From: Candidatus Methanoperedens sp.
GTDB taxonomy: Archaea > Halobacteriota > Methanosarcinia > Methanosarcinales > Methanoperedenaceae
DNA length: 32,000 nucleotides
NCBI GenBank assembly: GCA_027460535.1
Contig: JAPZAR010000027.1
Location: forward strand, 60,001 to 92,000
Reading direction: 5' to 3'
Each line of letters begins with the position of its first letter. Position 1 is the first letter of the stretch. Below, piece after piece: positions 12,938-21,582 of the stretch. The translations under genes and the position numbers were made by a program. The notes beneath the pieces were generated by a model that ran no database searches, was not told where the DNA came from, and saw nothing but the letters and a program-made list of their open reading frames with translations.

Positions 12938-15685
12938 TCAACTTAAAGTCTCCCTCACCATCTCTACACCCCTCTCAAGCGCCTCCTCAATCCTCCCAGC
13001 ATCCGTCCCCCCGCCCTGCGCAATCCCCGGCTTCCCTCCTCCTCCGCCGCCCACAAGCTTTGACATCTCGCGCACGATAGCGCCCGCATTCACCCCCATC
13101 TTTTGCGCCCGCTCACCCGCCGCCACCACGAACTTAACGCCGCCGAGGTCGCTTGCCAGGAGCACCACAAAATCGTCATCCTTGCTGAACTCCGTGGCTG
13201 CTTTTATGAGTTCTTCCACGTCTGCGTGTGTCAGCTTCTTGCAGAGAACTTTCAGGCCGCTTATACTCACGGCTTCGCTCATCATCGCTTTAACCCTCAC
13301 CTCAGCCAATTCAGCCTTCAGCCGCTCGTTATCCTTCTTAAAATCCTTCCATTCGTCGAAAAAACGATTGACCGTATCAGGCAACTGTTCAGGCGAAACC
13401 CTCAGGCCTTCCGAGGATCTATTCAGCAATTCGTCCCTTTCCTGCCACCGTTTGATGGCAGCCTCACCTGCCGAGAACTCAATGCGCTCCACGCCATCCT
13501 GTATCCTTTCTGTCTTGATGAGTTTGATGGGCCCGATAAGCCCCGTGTTCGAGACATGCGTTCCCCCGCAGGCTTCCACGTCGTTCCCCACTCGCAGGAT
13601 GCGTATCTCCTTTCCCGGAGGCACGCCGCCCTGATAGAGTACGAAACCATAGCGCTTTTCCGCCTCCACCCTGTCCATCCAGTCTATGTGCACGGGCTGG
13701 TTTTTCATCACCGCTTTGTTAGCGAGCAATTCGATTTCCCTGAACTCCGAATCCGTTATACGCTTGTAATGTGTGAGGTCAAGCCTTGCCCTGTCCGTGG
13801 ATTTCTGCGCCCCGGTCTGCCAGATATGATTTCCGAGGACAATTTTTGCTGACTCGTTAACGATATGCGTGGCTGTGTGATGGCGGGCATGGGCCATTCT
13901 GCGCTCCACATCTATCTTTCCCTTCACCCTGTCTCCCTTCTTAAATCCAAAATCCGAGTCTGTCTCATGGACAATGACCCCGTTAATGCTCTGGGCATCC
14001 ACTACATTCACAAGAAAATCATCCACTGATAAAGTCCCTTGGTCTGCAGGCTGGCCTCCTCCCTCAGGATAGAACAGGGTCTGGTCAAGGATTATTTTGT
14101 TCTCAATGACCGATAGTACGTGTGCAAAAAATTCCGTCTTTTCCGGATGTTCATAATACAGCTTTCGTGTTGGCTGTATCTCAAGCGGCAGGACTTCTTT
14201 TTCTTCCTCTTCTGCTTTGCTGTGTTTTTTTGCCACAAGCGAATAGAAGGTATCAGGCAGCTCCACTTCCACGTCTGTTTCTTTTGCCACCTCCCGCGCG
14301 ATCTCGGGCGGGATGCCGTGCGTGTCATATAACTGGATCAATTCCCCAAGCGGTATTTTTTGCTTTTTTTCCTTGAAATGCCCTGCCATTTTTCTGACCA
14401 GTTTTGATCCGCGTTCAATTGTGTCGGCGTATTTTTCCTCCTCAAGCGTAACGATCTCTCTGATGGTATCAAGACGCTCCCTGAACTCAGGATATTCCGG
14501 GAAGTTCCTGATCTGCATCTCGATGAGTTCTACGAGTGGCTCTCTTATACCAAGGGATTTCATCATGCGTAGAGTCCTTCGAAGCACAAGCCTCTCAAGA
14601 TAGCCTGCCTTCACATTGGAAGGAATAATGCCGTCACCCAGCATGAAGGCAAGGCACCGGGTATGATCCGTGATTGAGTATACGGTTTCTACGGGTTCCA
14701 TCAGATTCTGGAGTTTTTCTACAGTAGTGCCGATGCTTTCCGCCACCTTCTTTCTTAACTGGAGAAGATTCGCCTGCCCGCTGATATCCATTACCCCTGC
14801 GAATCTCGCGTTCTGAGAGAATATTTTCGCATATTCTGGATTCTCTATGCTGTGTTCGATACCCGCAAGGTCCATTAGTTCAGAAACGATCTTGGGGAAA
14901 ACAGCATCATATATCGTTGGCGAGCCTTTGGACGCCCAGACAAACCGCTCCAGGCCATAGCCTGTGTCGACGATATAATTATCCATTTTCTCATAACGTT
15001 CCCCCTTGATGTCTATCGGCCCATCTTTTGCCTGCTTCAGGTCCATGAAGACAAGTGTGGCAAGTTCAAGCCCGCCCACAAGCACTTCCACGCTGGGGCC
15101 GGCATTGCCCCCTCCTGCCCATGGGGATTCCTTATATGTTACTGAATTCAGGTCAAGACCAAGATCTGATAGCAGGGTATCGCATAATTCCACTGTCCTG
15201 TCCTTCCAGTAAATCTCGTTCTCACGCGAGTTGAAAGCATGATGGGCCATCATCTCAAAAGTGGTGAGGTGGCGGCCGCTTCGCCCCACAGCGTCCAGGT
15301 CATCAAGCCTGATGCAGGGCTGTGAAATGGTGAGAGGGTTCGCTGGCGGCGGAACAAGCCCGGATGTCACAAAGGGTTGGAAATCTGCTATTGAAGCGAT
15401 CGTCAGGTAAATATCATCTCGCCAGCGTGCGATTACAGGATACCGTTTTACACGCGTGTGGCCATGTCTTTCGAAAAATGATAAATATGCTTCGCGCATG
15501 GAGGAAATATCGTATTCTTTTTTGAACACAGGGTTGCCGATAAAAGTGTATGATACGCATGGAGGATCCCCACAAAATTCAGTTTCTTCATCCCGCGTCC
15601 AGAAATTCGTGCCGCATTTTGGGCATTGTTTTCGCACAAAGCCGTTCTCTTTGAAATAATCCAGTTGATACTCGTCATCAGGCAT
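12938..15685 (-). CDS. alaS: Alanine--tRNA ligase (archaeal type)
   Basis: 915-aa ORF. It has an N-terminal Zn-ribbon-like CPKCGTNFW...C..PPC, the class II core (FEMMAHHAF, GGGNAGPSVEV), the editing-domain HxxxH/CxxxH motifs (HHTATH, ACGGTH) and a C-terminal DHHA1-like domain ending in a Gly run. Confidence 0.97.
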   Translation of the reverse strand: MPDDEYQLDYFKENGFVRKQCPKCGTNFWTRDEETEFCGDPPCVSYTFIGNPVFKKEYDISSMREAYLSFFERHGHTRVKRYPVIARWRDDIYLTIASIADFQPFVTSGLVPPPANPLTISQPCIRLDDLDAVGRSGRHLTTFEMMAHHAFNSRENEIYWKDRTVELCDTLLSDLGLDLNSVTYKESPWAGGGNAGPSVEVLVGGLELATLVFMDLKQAKDGPIDIKGERYEKMDNYIVDTGYGLERFVWASKGSPTIYDAVFPKIVSELMDLAGIEHSIENPEYAKIFSQNARFAGVMDISGQANLLQLRKKVAESIGTTVEKLQNLMEPVETVYSITDHTRCLAFMLGDGIIPSNVKAGYLERLVLRRTLRMMKSLGIREPLVELIEMQIRNFPEYPEFRERLDTIREIVTLEEEKYADTIERGSKLVRKMAGHFKEKKQKIPLGELIQLYDTHGIPPEIAREVAKETDVEVELPDTFYSLVAKKHSKAEEEEKEVLPLEIQPTRKLYYEHPEKTEFFAHVLSVIENKIILDQTLFYPEGGGQPADQGTLSVDDFLVNVVDAQSINGVIVHETDSDFGFKKGDRVKGKIDVERRMAHARHHTATHIVNESAKIVLGNHIWQTGAQKSTDRARLDLTHYKRITDSEFREIELLANKAVMKNQPVHIDWMDRVEAEKRYGFVLYQGGVPPGKEIRILRVGNDVEACGGTHVSNTGLIGPIKLIKTERIQDGVERIEFSAGEAAIKRWQERDELLNRSSEGLRVSPEQLPDTVNRFFDEWKDFKKDNERLKAELAEVRVKAMMSEAVSISGLKVLCKKLTHADVEELIKAATEFSKDDDFVVLLASDLGGVKFVVAAGERAQKMGVNAGAIVREMSKLVGGGGGGKPGIAQGGGTDAGRIEEALERGVEMVRETLS

Positions 15686-15751
15686 ATGGGTCAGTAATTG
15701 TAAAAGGAATACATAATCATATCTGGATTATCTGGAAGGCACCCTTGACGT

Positions 15752-16969
15752 TTAACCTGTTTCTTTCTGTATCCCTATTACTGAAAGCACTCGCTTGACA
15801 ACGACCTCTTCGGCAAGTTTCATCAGCGTCTGTTTATCCTTCGTTCCGCTCAACACCCCCAGCGGGATCTGTGCCCCGGCAAGCATGGCATGCCCACCGC
15901 CTTTATCCGACCCGAAGGCATCCTGCATCACCTTCCCGATATTTATTCGGGTATCCCTGCTCCTTCCCGAGACGTAGATATGATCTTCTCCAAGACCGAA
16001 TACAATGGTTGTGGTCACCCCTTCCAGCGTGAGCAAATAATCTGCAGCCTGTGCAAGCGTATCTCTGTTACGAATTGTCCCTACGTTCGAGATAAGATAA
16101 CTTCCTTTTATCTCCCTGTTCTTGATGGCATCCCCCAGGACCTCGATCTCCTCGGTGGACCTCGATGGGGTCTCTATCTTGCTTAAAATGTCATGGTTGG
16201 CAAGAGGATACAGATATGCTGCAGCGGTCAGATCGGCCGGGTCCGTATTTCTTCGAAAATCATTGGTATCTACTTTAATACCATACAGAAGAGCAGTAGC
16301 AAGCTCGGTCTTGATTGGTATTTCAAGATCCTGTAGATATTTTGTCATTATGGTCGCGGTTGCGCCAATATTTGGCCTTATATCGACATATTCTGCCTTT
16401 ACCTCATCGATATTCGCCTGGTGGTGATCGATAACAATGCTGACCTCTGTGGACGGTGGAAGGAGGTTGTTCACGCCCGGGACTGAACTTTCGATCATGG
16501 CTATTTTTGTATAATCAGAAGCCTTGAAATCCTTCGACTGGTCTAATTCAACATCCAGAAGATTGACGAACGCCTTGTTCTCATTATGCCCTATCATCCC
16601 CTTGTAGAGTATTTCCCCTTTGACCCCCACGCTGTTCGCTATCTCTTTCAATCCCATAGCACTTGAAATTGCATCCGGGTCAGGGTTGTCATGAACTATG
16701 ATGGCGAATTTCCCATCCCTTACGTTGCTCACCAATTTTTTCAATTCCTGTGCCAATTTTACGGAAGTGATCCTCTCGATATACTGGACAATAGCAAGGG
16801 CAATTGATTTATGAGGAAGTTTTGACGGAAGGACTACCAGGTCTGCGCCCGCAGCCTCTATCTCTTCCTTTTGCTGATAATCATCCCCTCTTACCACAAT
16901 TTGAACATCTGGTGCGGTTTTTTTTATAAAGGCAAGGGCCTGTTTGTTTGCCTCGATATCAGAGCTCAT
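15752..16969 (-). CDS. DHH/DHHA1 phosphoesterase fused to an N-terminal TrkA-N (NAD-binding) domain; the coordinates give the ATG-defined part only
   Basis: DHH motifs are IIVHDNPDPDAISS, IDHHQ and DKGGGHAMLAG. The reading frame stays open for 96 more codons upstream (to 17257). That extension encodes the Rossmann start KVIYAVLGSGGIGLALANEL...LLDND but contains no ATG, GTG or TTG (see findings). Confidence 0.85.
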   Translation of the reverse strand: MSSDIEANKQALAFIKKTAPDVQIVVRGDDYQQKEEIEAAGADLVVLPSKLPHKSIALAIVQYIERITSVKLAQELKKLVSNVRDGKFAIIVHDNPDPDAISSAMGLKEIANSVGVKGEILYKGMIGHNENKAFVNLLDVELDQSKDFKASDYTKIAMIESSVPGVNNLLPPSTEVSIVIDHHQANIDEVKAEYVDIRPNIGATATIMTKYLQDLEIPIKTELATALLYGIKVDTNDFRRNTDPADLTAAAYLYPLANHDILSKIETPSRSTEEIEVLGDAIKNREIKGSYLISNVGTIRNRDTLAQAADYLLTLEGVTTTIVFGLGEDHIYVSGRSRDTRINIGKVMQDAFGSDKGGGHAMLAGAQIPLGVLSGTKDKQTLMKLAEEVVVKRVLSVIGIQKETG

Positions 16970-17267
16970 TACAAAGACAGATTTGAGGTTCTTGAAATCA
17001 AGTTTTGAAAGGACTGAGACATCACCGATGTCGCCCAGTACCGCATTAAGGTTTTGCTCTTTCAGTGTTTCAACTTTTGCTGAATCATTGTCTAAGAGAA
17101 TGATATTCTTATCCCTGACTGCAAGTTCGTTCGCCAGGGCCAGACCTATGCCTCCGCTTCCCAGAACCGCATATATGACCTTGATCGGCTTTAAGTCGTA
17201 CGATTTCTCCTCGATAGCAAAGCCTCCTGATATTCCTGTTTGTTCTGGTATCCTATATTAAGAAACA

Positions 17268-17276
17268 TATATAAAA
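17268..17276 (-). promoter_or_regulatory. Putative TATA box upstream of the TrkA-N/DHH gene
   Basis: The minus strand reads TTTTATATA just upstream of the in-frame stop (17258-17260) that opens the extended reading frame. Confidence 0.35.
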
Positions 17277-17406
17277 ATGCATTGCCATAATTTTTCTTCG
17301 GATTGCAAAATGAATGCAGATTGCCCGACGTTTAACCATGTTCTGTATCGGAATACAAACAGAATATTTATCTATAATGGATTCTTATTGATTAAAGGTG
17401 ATATTA

Positions 17407-17481
17407 ATGGGCGGAGTAATCGGCCCGGCAGAAAAGGAAAGAATAAAAAAGAACCTCGATAACAAGAAGAAAAGCAAGTGA
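17407..17481 (+). CDS. Candidate 24-aa Lys-rich micro-ORF (MGGVIGPAEKERIKKNLDNKKKSK)
   Basis: The ATG follows AAAGGTGAT (a strong SD) at a 6-nt spacing. There is no homology evidence and it falls below the ORF-track cutoff. Confidence 0.25.
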   Translation: MGGVIGPAEKERIKKNLDNKKKSK

Positions 17482-17535
17482 ATCCCATAATTGGATTTAT
17501 TTGCATTTTTATTTTTTTTATTCAGGTGATATACC

Positions 17536-17871
17536 TTGGAAGAGCCCAAAAAAAAGAAGACGGAATTTAAACTTACGGCTGTTGATAGGTTCAATAAGGT
17601 CATCGATGTCATGGTACATGAGTGCCAGGATTGCAGGGAGCTCGTACCTAACGTTGGCAATTGCCCAAACTGCGGCATGGCTTATACCCACGTAAAAACG
17701 GTGGAGGATTTCAAAACGGGATTCCTGCACTATATTTATGAATGCAGCGGCTGTCCAGCAGAAGAGCGAAAGGCCCAGAAGGTCATCAAGTTCACCGATG
17801 TCGTTGATGAGAGCAGGCTGAACATCAGGAAGAACCTTGCGGATGATTTCCTGAAGTCCGGCGGATATTGA
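17536..17871 (+). CDS. Hypothetical zinc-ribbon protein
   Basis: 111-aa ORF with a TTG start 5 nt after the AGGTGAT SD. Cys pairs are CQDC...CPNC plus CSGC. Confidence 0.6.
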   Translation: MEEPKKKKTEFKLTAVDRFNKVIDVMVHECQDCRELVPNVGNCPNCGMAYTHVKTVEDFKTGFLHYIYECSGCPAEERKAQKVIKFTDVVDESRLNIRKNLADDFLKSGGY

Positions 17872-17917
17872 AATTTATGACTTTTGATTACAATACCAGG
17901 TAGAGTAACGTCAAAAA

Positions 17918-18091
17918 TTATATCATAAGGCGTACTGTTCCCGCGGGAGGGCATTTAATATCCATAACGCCTTCCACTAGCGACTCTTTTTTGCCAGCGA
18001 GCTTATCAGCGATTTCGGATGCGATTTTTTCCGGAGTTATGACCGGTATATTTTCTGGCCCGTATTTCGGTTTTTCTTTCTTAAGCTTCAT
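17918..18091 (-). CDS. Candidate 57-aa hypothetical protein (MKLKKEKPKYGPENIPVITPEKIASEIADKLAGKKESLVEGVMDIKCPPAGTVRLMI)
   Basis: The ATG follows GGGAGGGAT (SD). The ORF fills an otherwise empty gap and is below the ORF-track cutoff. I recognise no family. Confidence 0.35.
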   Translation of the reverse strand: MKLKKEKPKYGPENIPVITPEKIASEIADKLAGKKESLVEGVMDIKCPPAGTVRLMI

Positions 18092-18165
18092 ATCCCTCCC
18101 TTGAGTGGTCTACGAGCAAATAATATTATTACTCCTGCAACACATCATACATAGGGTGAAAATGA

Positions 18166-18393
18166 ATGTCATTCGTCAAAATTATCGATACCGTAGGCTC
18201 GTCCACCGAGGGATGGGAGCAGGCTGCAAAAAACGCAATAGAAGAATCTTCAAAACTTCCGATCTTCAGGCAGAAAGGCAGGATTACGAAAGCCACGATC
18301 AAGGGTTTTGATGTGGAAATCAAGGATAATAAAATAGTTGCTTATCTCTGCAGAGTGGAGATGTTCCTGAGCGGCGCCGAGGGGAATGAATAA
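18166..18393 (+). CDS. Dodecin-family (flavin-binding) protein
   Basis: 75-aa ORF. VKIIDTVGSSTEGWEQAAKNAIEE followed by ...VEIKDNKIVAYLCRVEMF matches the dodecin beta-alpha-beta-beta pattern. A GGGTGA SD lies 6 nt upstream. Confidence 0.75.
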   Translation: MSFVKIIDTVGSSTEGWEQAAKNAIEESSKLPIFRQKGRITKATIKGFDVEIKDNKIVAYLCRVEMFLSGAEGNE

Positions 18394-18703
18394 CATACCC
18401 GAAATAAGTGAGGACGAACTTGAAGCCATGCTCGAGCGCCGTCCGTCTGTGCGAGAAGCAAAGGTCGCTGATCACGAGCTCATGGTCAAGGCGCTTGATC
18501 ATCCGGTAAGGCGGAAGATGATAAAAGCCATAGGAGTATTTGGAAAAACTAAGAGTGAACTCATGAAAGAAACGGGTGTAAATGATGACATATTCAATTT
18601 CCAGACCGATTTCCTGATAAAAGGGAATTACCTCAAAATCGAGGGGGATAACTTCAGGCTTACAGATCGGGGGCTTGTATTGCTATCAAATATCCCGAAA
18701 TAG
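18386..18703 (+). CDS. Winged helix-turn-helix (ArsR-like) transcriptional regulator
   Basis: 105-aa ORF with LDHPVRRKMIKAIGVFGKTKSELMKETGV... and a wing (LKIEGDNFRLTDRG). It overlaps the dodecin 3' end by 8 nt. Confidence 0.7.
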   Translation: MNNIPEISEDELEAMLERRPSVREAKVADHELMVKALDHPVRRKMIKAIGVFGKTKSELMKETGVNDDIFNFQTDFLIKGNYLKIEGDNFRLTDRGLVLLSNIPK

Positions 18704-19597
18704 CCCCATAACATATTTGGCGAGGGCCTCGCTTTTTTCAACAGAGGTCATCAAGGTATCACATCTCGCCGTCCTCATTGGAAAGTCCTTTTCATTTGCA
18801 GTATCCCTCTCGTCGATCACCATGATATCCAGAATATCTCCGTAGAATTCAGCCACGCCTCTCGAAGAAACGGGAAGTCCTTTTGCCTTCATCAGTTTCC
18901 CCGCAGGCCCGCTTACGGGTGAATCTCCTATGATGGGGCTTATGGCAATCACTTTTTTCATGGATAAGATCCCAGGTATATTTTTTAACGCAAGTATGGG
19001 TCCGATGCTTGTTATGGGATTGCTTGGTCCGATTATCACTTTATCATCAGAGCCCAGCGCTTCCATTATCTCTCGTGTAATTCTTGCTTTTTCGATCCCC
19101 TTGATTTTAACTTCGAATACATCAGGTTCACCCCGTTCTCCTACCCAGAAATCCTGGAAATGCATTTCCCCCTGAGGTGTGACAATAATCGTATCAACCC
19201 TTTCATCGCACATTGGAAGAATTCTTGCTTTAATTCGAAGCGCCATTGAGAGCTGCGCGATGGCCTCAGTTAAACTCGCACCTTTTCTCATCAATTCTGA
19301 TCGGAAAATATGAGTGGCACGGTCCGCATCGCCTATCATAAGTGTTTCATTGATGCCCATTTTTTTTAACATCTGATAAGTGCAGAATGTATCCTTTTTG
19401 ATCCCCCACCACTTCTTATCATCAAGTTGTCCCGAAAAAAGGTACAGAACAGTATCAATGTCAGGGGAAATAAGATTCCCTGAAATTTCAATATCCTCCG
19501 CCGTGTTCACTATTACGGTGATTTCCTCGTCCGGAATAAGCCTCCTCAATCCCTGGATGAGCTTGGGCGTGCCCGTACCACCTGAGAGGAGTATCAT
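18686..19597 (-). CDS. cofD: 2-phospho-L-lactate transferase (F420 biosynthesis)
   Basis: 303-aa ORF. ILLSGGTGTPKLIQGL, VIVNTAEDIEISGNLISPDIDTVLY, IGPSNPITSIGPIL and SPIIGDSPVSGPAGKLM closely match the archaeal CofD sequences I recall. Confidence 0.9.
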   Translation of the reverse strand: MILLSGGTGTPKLIQGLRRLIPDEEITVIVNTAEDIEISGNLISPDIDTVLYLFSGQLDDKKWWGIKKDTFCTYQMLKKMGINETLMIGDADRATHIFRSELMRKGASLTEAIAQLSMALRIKARILPMCDERVDTIIVTPQGEMHFQDFWVGERGEPDVFEVKIKGIEKARITREIMEALGSDDKVIIGPSNPITSIGPILALKNIPGILSMKKVIAISPIIGDSPVSGPAGKLMKAKGLPVSSRGVAEFYGDILDIMVIDERDTANEKDFPMRTARCDTLMTSVEKSEALAKYVMGLFRDI

Positions 19598-19598
19598 T

Positions 19599-20363
19599 TC
19601 AGACCCTCATTCTTTCAAACATCTTCCCACCCAATCCAACCATTGCTAAAGCGAATAATATCAAGACTGTAATGCTCCACGCGATTGGAATCGCAGGTTT
19701 TCCAAGTAAAGACCAGCGAAGCGCTTCAATGCCGTAGGTAAGAGGATTTGCATATACCAAGACCTTGAGCCAGGGGGGGAGATTTGAAATCGGGAAAAAA
19801 GCTGGGCTTAAGAGAACAAGCGGCATTGTAAGGAAGCTCATCACCATCTGGAATCCCTCGTGGCTGTCTATCTTGCTGGCAAGAGCGATACCCAAACCTA
19901 TGAACCCTATGCCTGAAATGAACATGATAGGAATGCTTATCAGGACACCAATAAACGATTTGTATTCTATCCCGATCAGCCAGGCAATGACCAGTATCAG
20001 AATTCCCTGTATCATGGATGTCGTGACCCCACCAACAGCTTTACCGAGTGACACATAGAAGCGGCTAACAGGTGCTATCAATATCTCCTTAAGGAAGCCG
20101 AATTCCCTGTCCCAGATAATGGACACTCCGCCCATCAGGGATGAGAAAAGGATCGCCATGCCTATCAGGCCCGGCGCCAGATAACTCTTGTCGAACTTGC
20201 TGCCTCCCGGAAGCTGGAAAGATGAACTGAAACCGGCGCCCAATATGACCAGGAAAAAAAATGGCGTAGCAAGAGAGCCGATGATCCGTGATTTTGATCG
20301 CCAGAAGCGAAGCATCTCCCGCAACCACATAGTATATACCGTATTGAAAGCTTTCCTCACCAT
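19599..20363 (-). CDS. ABC-2 type exporter permease
   Basis: 254-aa ORF with 6 TM segments. The N-terminus WLREMLRFWRSKSRIIGSL is typical of the ABC-2 family. It abuts the ATPase gene with a 1-nt overlap. Confidence 0.85.
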   Translation of the reverse strand: MVRKAFNTVYTMWLREMLRFWRSKSRIIGSLATPFFFLVILGAGFSSSFQLPGGSKFDKSYLAPGLIGMAILFSSLMGGVSIIWDREFGFLKEILIAPVSRFYVSLGKAVGGVTTSMIQGILILVIAWLIGIEYKSFIGVLISIPIMFISGIGFIGLGIALASKIDSHEGFQMVMSFLTMPLVLLSPAFFPISNLPPWLKVLVYANPLTYGIEALRWSLLGKPAIPIAWSITVLILFALAMVGLGGKMFERMRV

Positions 20364-21361
20364 TATTTCCTCCGTGAGCGGATAATATACCCTACCCTTT
20401 CAACCTCACTGACCTCCTTATCCCGGATCGCACGGCCGGTGTGATGGAGGAATACATCGTCCAGTGTAGGTTTGCGGAGATTCACCGAAAGAATGGAAAT
20501 GCCTGCTTTTGAAGACAGGTCAAGGATATGCGGGATCTGATGTTCGCCATTTTCGACAGTGATAAAAACTTCATGGTTTTTTTTCGAGATTATATTGGCG
20601 CAACCGTTTCTTGAATAGATATCGCATAATCTTGCCATATCTTCTTGTTTTTCTATCTCAAGTATGATAACATCTCCCCCAAGCCCGCTTTTTAATGCTG
20701 TCGGCGTGTCCAGCGCTACTATCTCCCCATGGTCTATTATCGCAATCCTGCCGCAGAGGTGATCCGCTTCTTCCATATAATGCGTGGTCAGGACAATAGT
20801 AACACCTTCCTCTTTGTTAAGCTTCTTAATGTATTCCCATATATGGTTCCTTGTCTGGGGATCAAGACCGAGGGTAGGTTCGTCAAGGAATAGAACATGA
20901 GGGTGGTGCATCAATCCGCGGGCAATTTCAAGACGCCTCATCATCCCACCTGAATACGTCCTTACGATCGCATCTGCCCTCTCCGTTAACTCCACAAGGG
21001 CGAGAACCTCCCCAATCCTTTTTTTCCTTGTTTTGCTATCAAGGCCGTAGAGTCTGCCGTGAAGGTCAAGGTTCTCCTTTCCCGTAAGGCGGTCATCCAG
21101 CGTGGTATCCTGGAACACCATGCCTATGTTCTGCCTGACCAGAGATGGTTGTTTCACCACATCATAATCCCAGACCCTGGCGTTCCCACCTGAAGGTTCG
21201 ATCATTGTGGATAACATGTTTATAAGCGTGGTCTTGCCCGCGCCGTTGGGACCAAGCAGCCCGAACAATTCTCCCGGTCTTACTGAGATGCTGACATTAT
21301 TTACTGCTGTTATTTCATCAAATCTCTTGGTTATTCCCTCTGTCTCTATAGCATAAAGCAT
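20363..21361 (-). CDS. ABC transporter ATP-binding protein (DrrA-like, with C-terminal extension)
   Basis: 332-aa ORF with Walker A GPNGAGKTT, signature YSGGMMRRL, Walker B VLFLDEPT and an H-loop TTHY. Confidence 0.9.
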   Translation of the reverse strand: MLYAIETEGITKRFDEITAVNNVSISVRPGELFGLLGPNGAGKTTLINMLSTMIEPSGGNARVWDYDVVKQPSLVRQNIGMVFQDTTLDDRLTGKENLDLHGRLYGLDSKTRKKRIGEVLALVELTERADAIVRTYSGGMMRRLEIARGLMHHPHVLFLDEPTLGLDPQTRNHIWEYIKKLNKEEGVTIVLTTHYMEEADHLCGRIAIIDHGEIVALDTPTALKSGLGGDVIILEIEKQEDMARLCDIYSRNGCANIISKKNHEVFITVENGEHQIPHILDLSSKAGISILSVNLRKPTLDDVFLHHTGRAIRDKEVSEVERVGYIIRSRRK

Positions 21362-21507
21362 GCTCCTTTCTTAACGTATAAAGTTTTAAGATTATCGACC
21401 AACATCGCGAGCAGGCACATAGACGTATGCAGTACTCATGGATTTTATAACCGAAGTCTTTATCAGTCATCATTCACATTGAAAGGTTACTATTTTTACT
21501 CCATCGA

Positions 21508-21582
21508 AGCGGGGTAGGGTAGTCAGGAAATCCCGACGGGCTCATAACCCGTAGATCCATGGTTCGAATCCATGCCCCGCTA
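21508..21582 (+). tRNA. Initiator tRNA-Met (CAT)
   Basis: The sequence is AGCGGGG-TA-...-ACGGG-CTCATAA-CCCGT-AGATC-CATGG-TTCGAAT-CCATG-CCCCGCT-A. It has the A1:U72 pair and three G-C pairs closing the anticodon stem, both archaeal initiator hallmarks. CCA is not encoded. Confidence 0.9.

Noticed and set aside
9980-13100. Search for an integrase, recombinase or transposase that could explain the alaS-associated cassettes (also around both tRNAs, 21583-21770 and 23431-25152)
   Set aside because: No ORF in any frame shows tyrosine/serine recombinase or DDE transposase motifs. I recognised no terminal inverted repeats and no tRNA 3'-end direct repeat by eye. The cassettes are therefore reported as fossils rather than as a mobile_element feature.
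13103-15678. Multiple 60-250-aa ORFs on both strands inside alaS (for example 13103..13852, 13182..13634, 14092..14328, 15448..15678)
   Set aside because: They are fully nested in or antisense to a 915-aa ORF with unambiguous AlaRS motifs, and none shows recognisable motifs of its own. The same reasoning applies to the antisense ORFs inside hisB, nadA, cbiA/cfbB, mgtA, the radical SAM gene and the methyltransferase gene.
17736-17954. 72-aa minus-strand ORF
   Set aside because: It is mostly antisense to the SD-preceded zinc-ribbon ORF 17536..17871. It overlaps the better-supported 57-codon ORF (17918-18091) in another frame.
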